From Candidatus Oxydemutatoraceae bacterium (GTDB lineage Bacteria; Pseudomonadota; Gammaproteobacteria; Poriferisulfidales; Oxydemutatoraceae): 64,000 nt of DNA. The first letter of the stretch is position 1, and every line of letters begins with the position of its first letter. Both the position numbers and the translations under genes were made by a program. This document shows, piece by piece, positions 1 to 9,958 of this stretch. Where the stretch lies: NCBI GenBank assembly GCA_965219575.1, contig OZ244779.1, positions 64,001 through 128,000 of the forward strand, written 5' to 3'. The notes beneath the pieces are model-generated. The model did no database searches, had not been told where the DNA came from, and saw only the letters and a program-made list of their open reading frames with translations.

Positions 1-195
1 AGCCGGTAGGTCAATCGGCGTCACATTGTGCAGAACCTCAACATGATTGCTAAACGCATGCATTGCAAAGTGCGTAGGCCACCCCTCCGAAGGAGGGGAA
101 TGTACCGCTCCTACGGTTCATGGATACTTTTTCAACAGCCCCACGCGTATCTGCACGAGTAGTATTGACCCATCCCCCTCCTTCGGAGAGGAATG
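1..195. repeat. Mosaic intergenic repeat (CCGATTGA-hairpin module, CCCCTCC/GGAGGGG hairpins, TTTTTCAACAGCCCC end)
   Basis: Same modules recur at 10625-10910, 14228-14398, 39613-39897 and elsewhere. Confidence 0.85.
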
Positions 196-210
196 GTTTG
201 CCTTTACAGC

Positions 211-1425
211 TTAGTATTTTATTTGTGCAACCGACGGTTTGAGTGTATAACCTTGCATCATCTGCGCAAACTCTATAAGCGTCTCAATACCGCTTTGTTC
301 CGCTTGCCGACACCATTCGCATAGGGCTTCTTTGAGGTTGTGATAATCCTTATGTTTTATCACATACAGCAGTTCGTGCAGTCGGTGTCTAAAATCGCAA
401 ACCAATTTTAAGGTTTCGTTTTTGAGCATAGCTTCGTTGAGTATTGCGTGTTCGTTAATACTAACATGATTGCGATGTTTGGGCAGAATATGTTTGACGC
501 GCATTAACATCTGATGACAAGCGTCGTCCGCCTTCGTAAGTTCGGCTTGCAATACCGGCTTCAGCACCTTGTTGACAAATTCGTAGGTCACATGTAGGCG
601 GCTTTCAAAGAGTGCTTTGGCAGTATCCAAATCGAGATTTTTTTCGGTCTTGTGCTTGCGCGCCGGGATTGGTGCCAAACGCAATATGGTAGCAAGTTTT
701 AACCGATGTAGTATGCAAATGTAAAACCAGCCTATATCAAACTCCCACCACTTTGCCGACAATTTCGCAGAACTAGGATAAGCATGATGATTATTATGCA
801 ATTCCTCTCCGCCTATCAAAATACCGAGATTGGAAAAGTTAGTCGAGTAATCGTCGGTAGGATAATTCCTATAACCTCTGAAATGTCCTATGCCGTTGAC
901 GACACCGGCAGCAAAGAAAGGTATCCACAACATTTGAATTGCCCATATTGCGACCCCGTAAAAACCGAATAGCACAAAGTGCATTGCCAATAATGCCAGA
1001 ACACCGAAATCGCCACGACCGCTATAAAGACTCTTTTCTATAGCATCGTCCGGTGTGCCACGCCCATAGATCTCCATTGTATCGGCATTAGTCGCTTCTT
1101 CGGCATAAAGTTCGGCACCCTGCCATAATACCGAGTATATCCCTTTTACGGTCGGGCTATGCGGGTCGTCGTCGGATTCGCACTTGGCATGGTGCTTGCG
1201 GTGCACCGATACCCACTCTTTGGTTTTCATCCCGGTGGTCAGCCACAACCAAAAACGCATGGCGTGGCACACTGCAGGGTGAAAGTCAACCGCCCGATGC
1301 GCTTGCGAGCGATGCAAGTATAGCGTGACACAAATAATCGTCAAATGGGTTAGGAGTAATGCAACGACTATATATCCCCACCAATCCAACTGCCACAATC
1401 CGTAGCCTGTTAATACATCAAACAT
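211..1425 (-). CDS. desA: Delta-9 acyl-CoA/fatty acid desaturase (DesA-type)
   Basis: His boxes HRSQAH, HRKHH, HNNHH; N-terminal TM helices; WWEFDIGW motif. Confidence 0.9.
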   Translation of the reverse strand: MFDVLTGYGLWQLDWWGYIVVALLLTHLTIICVTLYLHRSQAHRAVDFHPAVCHAMRFWLWLTTGMKTKEWVSVHRKHHAKCESDDDPHSPTVKGIYSVLWQGAELYAEEATNADTMEIYGRGTPDDAIEKSLYSGRGDFGVLALLAMHFVLFGFYGVAIWAIQMLWIPFFAAGVVNGIGHFRGYRNYPTDDYSTNFSNLGILIGGEELHNNHHAYPSSAKLSAKWWEFDIGWFYICILHRLKLATILRLAPIPARKHKTEKNLDLDTAKALFESRLHVTYEFVNKVLKPVLQAELTKADDACHQMLMRVKHILPKHRNHVSINEHAILNEAMLKNETLKLVCDFRHRLHELLYVIKHKDYHNLKEALCEWCRQAEQSGIETLIEFAQMMQGYTLKPSVAQIKY

Positions 1426-1619
1426 AACTGCGTAGTATAAACCATATTGCTTGTCATGTGTAGGGGTAGTTTATTCCCCCTCCCTCTGCATGTATTATGC
1501 AGGCAAAATTATCGCGTTTACTCTTGGTTTAGGGAACCGTAATCAGGGTGTGCATGGCGGTTAGAATTTTGCGAGTCATGTTGCGTTTCGGGCGGTTCTA
1601 TCAAATGCAGGCTTAGTCC

Positions 1620-1862
1620 TTACTTCGCTACCATCAACATGACGCTTGCCAAGAACACACCGATAATCGAGGTCATTGCAACGATGCTCCCGATGAATAA
1701 TGCAACGCCCCATTTACCAATGTCTGCACGAAGTTTCGATTGGGCAGCTTTTATTTCCGCTATCTCGGATGTCACCTCGGCCTTAAACTCTGCTATCTCG
1801 GTCTTAAACTCTGTGCGCATGTTAACTATCATTTCGTATAGTTTTTCGTTAGATATCTTCAT
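1620..1862 (-). CDS. Small coiled-coil protein with C-terminal TM anchor (DUF1640/CCDC90-like, subfamily A), 80 aa
   Basis: EFKTEIAEFKAE heptad/hendecad pattern, hydrophobic C-terminus, GGAG RBS; paralogues at 55265 and 56998. Confidence 0.75.
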   Translation of the reverse strand: MKISNEKLYEMIVNMRTEFKTEIAEFKAEVTSEIAEIKAAQSKLRADIGKWGVALFIGSIVAMTSIIGVFLASVMLMVAK

Positions 1863-2235
1863 CTCTTTTCTCCTATTGCTAAATTATAAATAAATACCCT
1901 GCTGAAGCAAGGTTTCGCTACGGATACTAATAGCACAGCGGCATATTGGCGAGATTCGGCAATCCGACGAACGGTAGTAAATATTAGATAGACGGTGTGA
2001 GGTTGTAGGAGGATGGTGCGTTTGGAGTGTACCGATACTGTGCTTGTGCAGACCTGCGGCGACTGTTGAAAAAGTATTGGTAACGCAAAAATCCAACCGC
2101 TTGCGCCAACAAATAATGGTTTCCATAAATTGGATGGATGAATGTATAAATCATGCAGATACGACGGGGCTGTTGAAAAAGTACCGTTCTGCACGAACCC
2201 AACCGCTATGCGCCGAATAATTATCCAACCCACCC

Positions 2236-2261
2236 GTAGGGGCGGACTAACATGTCCGCCC
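2236..2261 (+). repeat. GTAG-type REP hairpin (left of RAYT)
   Basis: GTAG + GGGCGGAC...GTCCGCCC palindrome. Confidence 0.9.
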
Positions 2262-2433
2262 TAAAGTGCCGTTCTGAACAGCCGCAACCGCTTGCGCCAT
2301 TTGGGTTTGGTTTCCATAAATTAACTGGTGTACGATTTTATTTGTGCAGACGCAACGCATCACAATTCTACACAACGCTACGCCGATTGACCTACTGGTT
2401 CAATCGACAGTTCTGTTTTTCAATAGCCCCATG

Positions 2434-3000
2434 TCAACCCCTTGCAACTTTATTTTCTGTATTCAATGTATCGGTTGACCATTTCTGTGGGTTATATTTG
2501 ATGTATTTACGGATTTCATGTAAAAATATCTCATTATCGATAATACCATCCCAATAACTGCGCTGCCATAGCTTATTATCGAATCTCTCCCAGCCGTATC
2601 GCTTAACACCACGAATATAATCTGTGGTTGTCATAGTCTTCCACCATCGCACAATACAACTTAAAGATATTTTTTGGTTATCATGCGCAACGATAGAATG
2701 GCATTGTTGCTGCGCTTCTGTAATAGCAATAATAAAATGAATGTGATTCGGCATCACCATGCACTCATCGCATTTTATACCGGCAAACTGATGCTCAATT
2801 TGATAAAACCAAAACCATAGCATATTACCGGCATCATTACATTGCATTTGATTATTGATAATATCGCCGAATAAATATAATTTATTCCGAACACAGATTG
2901 TGACGAAATACATTCCCGGTTGAGCATAGTCGTATCCTTTCAATCGCATAGATTGACGACGGCGAGCATAAGTTTTAGGTTTGACATTTTTGTTTCTCAT
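2434..3000 (-). CDS. REP-associated tyrosine transposase (RAYT, Y1/HUH, IS200-like fold)
   Basis: RRQSMRLKGYDY...YFVTIC N-terminus, HUH motif MPNHIH, WQRSY, catalytic YIKYNP; flanked by inverted REPs. Confidence 0.92.
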   Translation of the reverse strand: MRNKNVKPKTYARRRQSMRLKGYDYAQPGMYFVTICVRNKLYLFGDIINNQMQCNDAGNMLWFWFYQIEHQFAGIKCDECMVMPNHIHFIIAITEAQQQCHSIVAHDNQKISLSCIVRWWKTMTTTDYIRGVKRYGWERFDNKLWQRSYWDGIIDNEIFLHEIRKYIKYNPQKWSTDTLNTENKVARG

Positions 3001-3165
3001 AAATAATCCTTGTGGGTTAAGAATTGAATAGATGTGTATATCAAAAATTTATCAAGATAGTGAGTTTGTCTATTTAGCAATTCGACAGACGGTAGCAAAT
3101 AAACGACGAGTGGTTGTCGTAATTAGGTGGCGCAAGCGGTTGGGTTTGTGCCGAACGGTACTTTA

Positions 3166-3191
3166 GGGCGGACATGCCAGTCCGCCCCTAC
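3166..3191 (-). repeat. GTAG-type REP hairpin (right of RAYT, inverted)
   Basis: GGGCGGACATGCCAGTCCGCCCCTAC. Confidence 0.9.
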
Positions 3192-3319
3192 GGCTCGGTG
3201 GTTATCGTAAATTCAATGGCGCAAAGCGGTTACGGTTTTGCAGAACAGTATTTTTTCAACAGCCTCACGACACAACCACCCCGTCAGGCTGCGCCTGCCA
3301 CCCCTCCAGAGGAGGGGAA

Positions 3320-4690
3320 TTAACTTGTACAAGTTCGCACGAAATCGCTAAACCGTTCTGCCCACCGCCCGCACGCATTGCGCTGATGGGTATACGCAGC
3401 CAGTAAATTCTTATAGACGATGCCGTCGCGCCCGTTTCCCAAACCTACACCTCTGGAAACTTTATACGCAGTAGGATAACTTTGTTTCATATCAACAAGA
3501 CGGGAATAATGAAACTCGTGTGCGTGGATCACATGACTCGTGTTGTCCTCGCCTCCCCCACCCCATATCGTCTCGCCGCTTTCGTTCAACTCGACATACC
3601 CTCTGCCTTGCGGTGTTTCGTACATTTGTGTATCGGCATCTATCACGCCGCACATTTCAAAACACCGACCCTGCCAATGAATACTACCGGTCAAATACAT
3701 CAGACCACCACATTCGGCATAGACGGGCATGCGGTCTTCTATCGCCTCGCCGACTGCATGACGTAATGCCCGATTCGCTTCGAGCGCACCCGCTTGGGTT
3801 TCGGGGAAACCGCCGCCGATAAACAAACCGTCAATCGGCGGCAGTCGGCTATCTGTCAGACTATTGATAAAGACTAATTCCGCACCGCAACTTTCGAGTG
3901 TCTCCAAATCATCCGGATAATAAAAGTTAAATGCCGAATCTTTGAACACACCGATACGTATGTCCGCATCGGGCTTTTTGTGTTTACTGCAAGTATGCGC
4001 AAGCGGTGTCGCCTGCGCCGCAAGTCGCATAATCTTTTCCAGATCTATTTGCGGTGCGATACACTCCGATAGGGTTTCAATAAATCGTAATGCGCCGGTT
4101 GCTTCGTTGGCGGGAATAAGACCTAAATGTCGCTCGGGCAGTGATAATGCTTTATCTTTCATAACGGCACCCATTACCGGTATATCGGTGTATCGTTCCA
4201 CCGCAGCGATGAGTTTTGATTGGTGGCGGGAGCCGCCTACTCGATTCAATATCACACCGCCGATGGACAATTCGCGGACAAAATTTTCATAGCCCAATAA
4301 CAATGGGGCAATGCCTCGTGTCATGCCTTCGCAATCGACGACCAACAAGATCGGACAACCGAGTAGTTCGGCAAGTGCCGCATTACTGTCGCTGCCGTCT
4401 AAAGAAATACCGTCGTAGAGACCTTTGTTCGCTTCTATCACTGCGGTTGTTCCCGGCGGCGACTTGTCCGCCACCATCGCAACGATCTCGTCGTTTGATT
4501 GAACATTGAAATCAAGGTTATAACATGTGCCACCCGCCGCTGCGGATAGCCATTGTGGGTCTATATAGTCGGGTCCCTTTTTATAAGGTGTGGGGTTCGC
4601 CGCTCGGGCTTTGAGCAATGCGATTAAGGCGGTGGTGAATATCGTTTTGCCCGACGATTTGTGCGTGGCACTAACGAATAATCTATTCAT
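3320..4690 (-). CDS. dsrN: Cobyrinate a,c-diamide synthase family; most likely siroheme amidase DsrN
   Basis: SATHKSSGKT P-loop, KKGPDYID, GGGFPE, AECGG, HEFHY; no cob genes nearby; sox genes in window. Confidence 0.75.
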   Translation of the reverse strand: MNRLFVSATHKSSGKTIFTTALIALLKARAANPTPYKKGPDYIDPQWLSAAAGGTCYNLDFNVQSNDEIVAMVADKSPPGTTAVIEANKGLYDGISLDGSDSNAALAELLGCPILLVVDCEGMTRGIAPLLLGYENFVRELSIGGVILNRVGGSRHQSKLIAAVERYTDIPVMGAVMKDKALSLPERHLGLIPANEATGALRFIETLSECIAPQIDLEKIMRLAAQATPLAHTCSKHKKPDADIRIGVFKDSAFNFYYPDDLETLESCGAELVFINSLTDSRLPPIDGLFIGGGFPETQAGALEANRALRHAVGEAIEDRMPVYAECGGLMYLTGSIHWQGRCFEMCGVIDADTQMYETPQGRGYVELNESGETIWGGGGEDNTSHVIHAHEFHYSRLVDMKQSYPTAYKVSRGVGLGNGRDGIVYKNLLAAYTHQRNACGRWAERFSDFVRTCTS

Positions 4691-6419
4691 ACGCTTGATT
4701 TATTTGATCTTGATAACGTTCAACGACTCGGGCGCGTTTTAGTTTGAGCGTCGGCGTGAGCAAACCGTTTTCAATCGTCCATGGTTCGGTCAAACAAACG
4801 ATGCGGCGTATTTTGGCATAAGCGGGAAAGGCATCCATCAACCGATTGACATGTTTATTCAATGCCGTCCGTAGACGAGTAGACGACAGTTCGGTGTCGG
4901 CAGCCAAGGTCGGGTGTGTCTTTAGATAGTGCGCTATCGCCTCTTGATCAAGCACCAAGAGAGCAATCAAGAATGCACGCCCCTCGCCGTGAACCATCGC
5001 TTGCTGGAATAGTGGATCGTGTACCAGCACATGTTCTATATCGGCGGGGGCGATTTTCTCGCCGTTGCTCAATACAATAATTTCCTTAATTCTGCCGGTA
5101 ATATACAAACGCCCCGCTTGATCCAGTCGCGCTTGGTCGCCGGTGTGCAACCAACCTTCGCCGTCTATAGCCTCGGCGGTTTTATCGGGAAGCCGCCAAT
5201 AACCTTGCATTACATTGGAGCCACGCACTAATAACTCGTCGTTTTCGGAGATTTTAACTTCCACGCCCGGCAATGCCTTGCCGACACTGCCTATGGCAAG
5301 GTCGGGAAAGTTAACCGAAACGACAGGGGAAGATTCGGTCAAACCGTAGCCTTGATAGATCGTCGCACCCAATGCTGCAAACAATTTGGACAATGCCGGA
5401 TCCAACGGTGCGCCGCCGCTAATCGTATAGCGCATACGCCCGCCGAAGACTTGTCTGAGTTTGCTTGCAAACAACAGATCCATAATCGGCCATATCGGCG
5501 CGCTAATCAGTCTTGCAAACAGCGAAGACCTGCGGTACCAGCCGAGTGCCACCGTAAATTCAAATAATTTTTGTATCAACAAAGGGCGTTGCGATAGCGA
5601 TGTCGTCAGACGATCGTACATCTGTTCGTAGAGGCGCGGCACCGAAATAAGTACCGTCGGCTTGATGTCTTGCAAGTCCGATTTGATTTGCTGCAAAGAC
5701 CGAGAAAAAGCGACTTTAGCACCGACCCACATCGTCATATAGTAGCCGGCGGTACGCTCGAAAGAATGAGACAACGGCAAAAAGGACAAAAACAAGTCGT
5801 CGGGGCCGATATTCGCAACGGTTGCTGCCGCTTGCGCATTCTTTAAGATATTGGCGTGAGTGAGCATCACGCCTTTAGGCGGTCCGGTCGTCCCCGAAGT
5901 ATAAATAATAGACGCAAGTGCCTCACCGTCTATCTCGTCGGGGAGCAGCGCATCAGCTTCGGCTTCCCAGTCCGACATACACACACATCGGGGTTCGTTA
6001 TCCACTTTTTTATCTATAGAAACCACACGTTGTAATTCCGGCAAATCATCTAAAACCAAATTCTCAATTCGCGTCGCATCGCTAAATAACAACTTAGCAC
6101 CCGAATCTTTTAAGATATGGGCAACATTGCCGGCATTGTCGTGATTATAAAGCGGCACGGTGATCAATCCGCAACCCAACGCCGCTTGGTCAAACACAAT
6201 CCAGTCTATGCCGTTTGCGAGCATGATCGCAACGCGATCTCCCGCTTGTAAGTTCTCCGACCTGAAACTGTGTTGCATTCGACCTATGCGTTTTGCGATA
6301 TCCTGCCATGTGTATTCGTGCCAAGCGTCGCGTGCTTTGTGCCATTGCAAATAAGCGCATCGGTCGCCCGACACGCGAAGCCGTTCTAAAAACAATCCGT
6401 AGAGACTTTGAGGTTCCAT
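4683..6419 (-). CDS. Long-chain fatty acid-CoA ligase (AMP-dependent synthetase)
   Basis: YTSGTTGPPKG, QGYGLTE, WLHTGD, LLTPTLKLKR motifs. Confidence 0.92.
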   Translation of the reverse strand: MEPQSLYGLFLERLRVSGDRCAYLQWHKARDAWHEYTWQDIAKRIGRMQHSFRSENLQAGDRVAIMLANGIDWIVFDQAALGCGLITVPLYNHDNAGNVAHILKDSGAKLLFSDATRIENLVLDDLPELQRVVSIDKKVDNEPRCVCMSDWEAEADALLPDEIDGEALASIIYTSGTTGPPKGVMLTHANILKNAQAAATVANIGPDDLFLSFLPLSHSFERTAGYYMTMWVGAKVAFSRSLQQIKSDLQDIKPTVLISVPRLYEQMYDRLTTSLSQRPLLIQKLFEFTVALGWYRRSSLFARLISAPIWPIMDLLFASKLRQVFGGRMRYTISGGAPLDPALSKLFAALGATIYQGYGLTESSPVVSVNFPDLAIGSVGKALPGVEVKISENDELLVRGSNVMQGYWRLPDKTAEAIDGEGWLHTGDQARLDQAGRLYITGRIKEIIVLSNGEKIAPADIEHVLVHDPLFQQAMVHGEGRAFLIALLVLDQEAIAHYLKTHPTLAADTELSSTRLRTALNKHVNRLMDAFPAYAKIRRIVCLTEPWTIENGLLTPTLKLKRARVVERYQDQINQAYE

Positions 6420-6594
6420 ATTAAGTTTGCCTGTAATGAGACTAATAGTATAAACTTATTTGAACCCCGGATTAACAAATCATTGTTTTATGATATGATG
6501 TTATCCTCTTTACCGGTTGGAAGATTATTATGAAAGAGATAATAACCGAGGGCATTGCAAAATTTCAAAATCAAACATTACGAGGAGTTAAATA

Positions 6595-6825
6595 ATGGAT
6601 ATAGTTTATGAAACCATAAAAAAAATCCCCGGCGTGTCCGATAATGAAGCACACGAGGTTGCATCAAGGCTGGGTAAATCAAGTGATGTTGCTACCAAAG
6701 CCGATTTAGAAAAACTAAAAGCAGAAATGTATGCGCTAAATAATCGTACCATCACCTGGATTTGTGGGTTTATCGTTGCCTATTCTTTAGTGTTGATTGC
6801 ACTAACACAGCTAGTCATTAGTTAA
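6595..6825 (+). CDS. Small DUF1640/CCDC90-like protein (subfamily B), 76 aa
   Basis: VATKADL beta-layer motif, coiled coil, C-terminal TM; GAGGAG RBS; paralogue at 11086. Confidence 0.75.
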   Translation: MDIVYETIKKIPGVSDNEAHEVASRLGKSSDVATKADLEKLKAEMYALNNRTITWICGFIVAYSLVLIALTQLVIS

Positions 6826-6962
6826 TGAGCGAGGATTGGTATCTCAGCAATCCCATAAACAATTTATGATCTGCGTAGGCAACCGCCTAAAGAGTAATCA
6901 AACAAAGAAATAAAAGCAACGACAGAATGTGATATTCGTAAAACCACGACCTAAGCCACATA

Positions 6963-7396
6963 ACCGTAGGGGTGGGCATAAACTTGGTGGATAAATGTAT
7001 AAATCGTGCAGACACGCTGCGACCACCCCGTCAGGCTGCGCCTGCCACCCCTCCACAGGAGGGGAATGGACCAACACTATACTCGGGCAGACACGGCGGG
7101 ACTGTTGAAAAAGTGCGGCATCCTACGAATCCAATCACTTGCGCCATTTGGTTTTGGTTTCCATAAATTGGCTGGATGAATGTATCAATCGTGCCGACCA
7201 ACGCGTTACGGGCGGACATGCTAGTCCGCCCCTACATTTTATGAAATACTTTTTCAACAGCCCCACGCTACCACCACCCCATGAAAAGGCTTACATTTTT
7301 TATATATGCTAGGGTTCTGCACAATGTTACGCCGATTGACCTACTGGCTCAATCGGTGGTTCTATTGCGCCTGCCACCCCTCCACAGGAGGGGAAT
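6963..7396. repeat. Mosaic intergenic repeat including a TIR element 7098-7264 with one REP
   Basis: GGGACTGTTGAAAAAG...TTTTTCAACAGCCCC; REP near 7210-7235; two CCCCTCC/GGAGGGG hairpins. Confidence 0.85.
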
Positions 7397-7430
7397 TATG
7401 GTTGTCGTAGATTAGTTGCTTTGATATAGG

Positions 7431-8384
7431 ATGAATAACAGATACGAGCAATTGTACGGTTGGCTGGAACAGAAGTTCGGCCGAGACTCTTTCACCCTGC
7501 AAGCACTCAATAACGACGCAAGTTTCAGGCAGTATTACAGGGTTTTCACAAACGGGGATACATTCATCGCAAGCGATATGCCGCCCGATAAGGAGAACCC
7601 GGTTGCATTTAAGGACATCACAACCCTACTCGCAGATAATCATGTGCGGGTGCCGTTGATACACGCCTGTGATGTTGCCACCGGACTATTCCTGCTAGAC
7701 GATTTCGGCAACACGACTTACCTCGAGGCACTCTCGGCAGACACCGCCGACCCGTTATATCGGCTTGCGATAGACGAGTTGTTGAAAATACAAAGGATTG
7801 AAACGGACACATTGCCGCCTTACGACAGCACCCTGTTGCTCGAAGAGATGCAACTGTTTACCGATTGGTATTGCAAGGTTCATTTAGGCAAGAAACTCAA
7901 CGCAGACGACGAAAAACTCATCGCACAAAGTTTCAATTGTTTGATAGATAATGCGCTGCAACAACCACAAGTTTTCGTACATCGCGACTATCATTCGCGC
8001 AACCTGATGCGCTGTGCCGACCATTCGGTAGGTGTGCTGGATTATCAAGATGCCGTCTTAGGACCTATTACCTACGACCTGGTCTCTTTGCTAAAGGATT
8101 GTTATATAGAATGGCAACCCGCACAACAATTAAAATGGTTACACTATTTTTTGGAGCATACACCGCGGCGATTAGACGAAGCGCAGTTTACACGCTGGTT
8201 TGACTTGATGTGCATACAACGGCATCTAAAAACAACCGGCATTTTTGCTCGCCTCAATCACCGCGACCACAAACCCGCTTATCTGGCCTCTATCCCGAGA
8301 AACCTACGCTACATAAAACAAGCGATTACCAATTATCCCGAACTTGCGGGGTTGCATGAATTCATCGAAGGGCTTGCACAATGA
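7431..8384 (+). CDS. amgK: MurNAc/GlcNAc anomeric kinase (APH family)
   Basis: DASFRQY, HRDYHSRN, DYQDA motifs; overlaps murU. Confidence 0.88.
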   Translation: MNNRYEQLYGWLEQKFGRDSFTLQALNNDASFRQYYRVFTNGDTFIASDMPPDKENPVAFKDITTLLADNHVRVPLIHACDVATGLFLLDDFGNTTYLEALSADTADPLYRLAIDELLKIQRIETDTLPPYDSTLLLEEMQLFTDWYCKVHLGKKLNADDEKLIAQSFNCLIDNALQQPQVFVHRDYHSRNLMRCADHSVGVLDYQDAVLGPITYDLVSLLKDCYIEWQPAQQLKWLHYFLEHTPRRLDEAQFTRWFDLMCIQRHLKTTGIFARLNHRDHKPAYLASIPRNLRYIKQAITNYPELAGLHEFIEGLAQ

Positions 8385-9049
8385 AGGCGATGATCTTGGC
8401 GGCAGGTCAAGGCATGCGCATGCGTCCGTTGACCGAGCGTATTCCCAAAGCATTGATTGAAGTGAACGGTGCGTGCTTGATAGAACACCATCTGATGCGT
8501 ATACGAGACGCCGGTATCACCAATGTCGTCATCAATTTGGGACACTTGGGCGCAATGATAAAAGACACGCTAAAAGACGGTAGTGCCTACGGTGTGCGCA
8601 TCGTTTATTCGGACGAAGGGACGCACACTTTGGAAACCGCCGGCGGCATCGTCAATGCTCTGCCGTTGCTAGGCGACGACCTTTTCTTCGTCATCAATGC
8701 CGATGTCTATACGGATTACCAGATTCATCCGATCACACTCCAAGCACCCATGCAGGCACATTTGATTATGGTGAACAATCCCTCGCATAACCCCGACGGA
8801 GACTTCGGCATAGCCGATGACCGCTTAGTTCATAATGCGGCAACCCAACTCACTTTCAGTGGCATGGGCTATTACACCGTCGCTTTATTCGAAGGGTTGA
8901 AGCCGCAACGCTTACCGTTGCTTAAGGTTCTGCAACCGGCAATCGCGCGCGGTTTGATTAGCGGCGAATATTATCAAGGAAAATGGGTGGATATCGGTAC
9001 AATGGAACGATTAAATTCGCTACTTACCGACACCACTACACCGACATAA
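8381..9049 (+). CDS. murU: MurNAc-1-phosphate uridylyltransferase
   Basis: MKAMILAAGQGMRMRPLT, LETAGGI, NPSHNPDGDF. Confidence 0.9.
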   Translation: MKAMILAAGQGMRMRPLTERIPKALIEVNGACLIEHHLMRIRDAGITNVVINLGHLGAMIKDTLKDGSAYGVRIVYSDEGTHTLETAGGIVNALPLLGDDLFFVINADVYTDYQIHPITLQAPMQAHLIMVNNPSHNPDGDFGIADDRLVHNAATQLTFSGMGYYTVALFEGLKPQRLPLLKVLQPAIARGLISGEYYQGKWVDIGTMERLNSLLTDTTTPT

Positions 9050-9058
9050 GCAACCATC

Positions 9059-9958
9059 GTGAAACATATCATCTCACAATCCGAACGGCATCTCAGCACC
9101 GGAAATTGCCCCGAATGGCTATATAAAGTAGTGCAGGATAATGTTCGCACCGCGCTTGCCGAAGATATGCCGGAGGAAGACCTCAGCACGCGTATGGCAC
9201 AACCTCAAACGACCGGAGCGGCGGTAATCGTATCCAACGAAGCTGCAATAATTGCAGGTCAATTTTGGGTGGACGAAGTGTTTAATCAAATACAAGCCGA
9301 CCTCTCGGTGGAGTGGCACACAAAAGACGGACACGCGGTCAGTGCCGGACAACAGCTCTGCACCATCGGCGGACGGTTGCCGGCGATACTGCACGCAGAA
9401 CGATGCGCATTGAATTTTTTGCAAACACTCTCGGGAACTGCGACCACCGTGGCGCACTATGTGGCACAATTAGGCAAAGCGAACCACACACTCATAGCGG
9501 ATACCCGCAAAACCATCCCCGGCCTCAGATTGGCACAAAAATACGCCGTAGTCTGCGGCGGCGGCATCAATCACCGCCTTGATTTATCCGACGGTGTGCT
9601 ATTAAAAGACAACCATATCGCAATGCACGGATCTGTTGCTCAAGCCGTCGATGCGATACGCAAGCACACACCCGATAAAATCATAGAAGTAGAAGTTCGG
9701 ACACTGCTACAAATAGAGCAAGCACTTGCAGCGGAGGTTGATGTCATCATGCTGGATAACTTTGCATTGAGCGCCATCCCGAAAGCCGTTGCGATAATCT
9801 CGGGCAAAGCCAAAGTAGAAGTATCGGGTAACATAAAACTCCAAGACATCAAGACCATTGCAAGTTATGGGGTAGATTATATTTCCATAGGCGCACTGAG
9901 CAAACATCTACACGCAATAGACATGAGTATGAAAGTCAAACCGCATATAGGGCAATGA
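9059..9958 (+). CDS. nadC: Quinolinate phosphoribosyltransferase
   Basis: DTRKTIPG, NHRLDL, LKDNH, MLDNF motifs. Confidence 0.95.
   Translation: MKHIISQSERHLSTGNCPEWLYKVVQDNVRTALAEDMPEEDLSTRMAQPQTTGAAVIVSNEAAIIAGQFWVDEVFNQIQADLSVEWHTKDGHAVSAGQQLCTIGGRLPAILHAERCALNFLQTLSGTATTVAHYVAQLGKANHTLIADTRKTIPGLRLAQKYAVVCGGGINHRLDLSDGVLLKDNHIAMHGSVAQAVDAIRKHTPDKIIEVEVRTLLQIEQALAAEVDVIMLDNFALSAIPKAVAIISGKAKVEVSGNIKLQDIKTIASYGVDYISIGALSKHLHAIDMSMKVKPHIGQ

Larger units (their letters stand above)
2166..3266. mobile_element. TIR-bounded element carrying the RAYT gene and two inverted REPs
   Basis: About 40-bp imperfect TIRs GGGGCTGTTGAAAAAGTACCGTTCTGCA / TGCAGAACAGTATTTTTTCAACAGCCTC; ACGAC repeated on both flanks (2161-2165, 3267-3271). 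Confidence 0.7.

Noticed and set aside
3320-4690. Cobalamin biosynthesis (cobB/cbiA) call
   Set aside because: No other cob genes are nearby; the HKSSGKT N-terminus and sulfur-oxidiser context fit DsrN better, though this is not proven.
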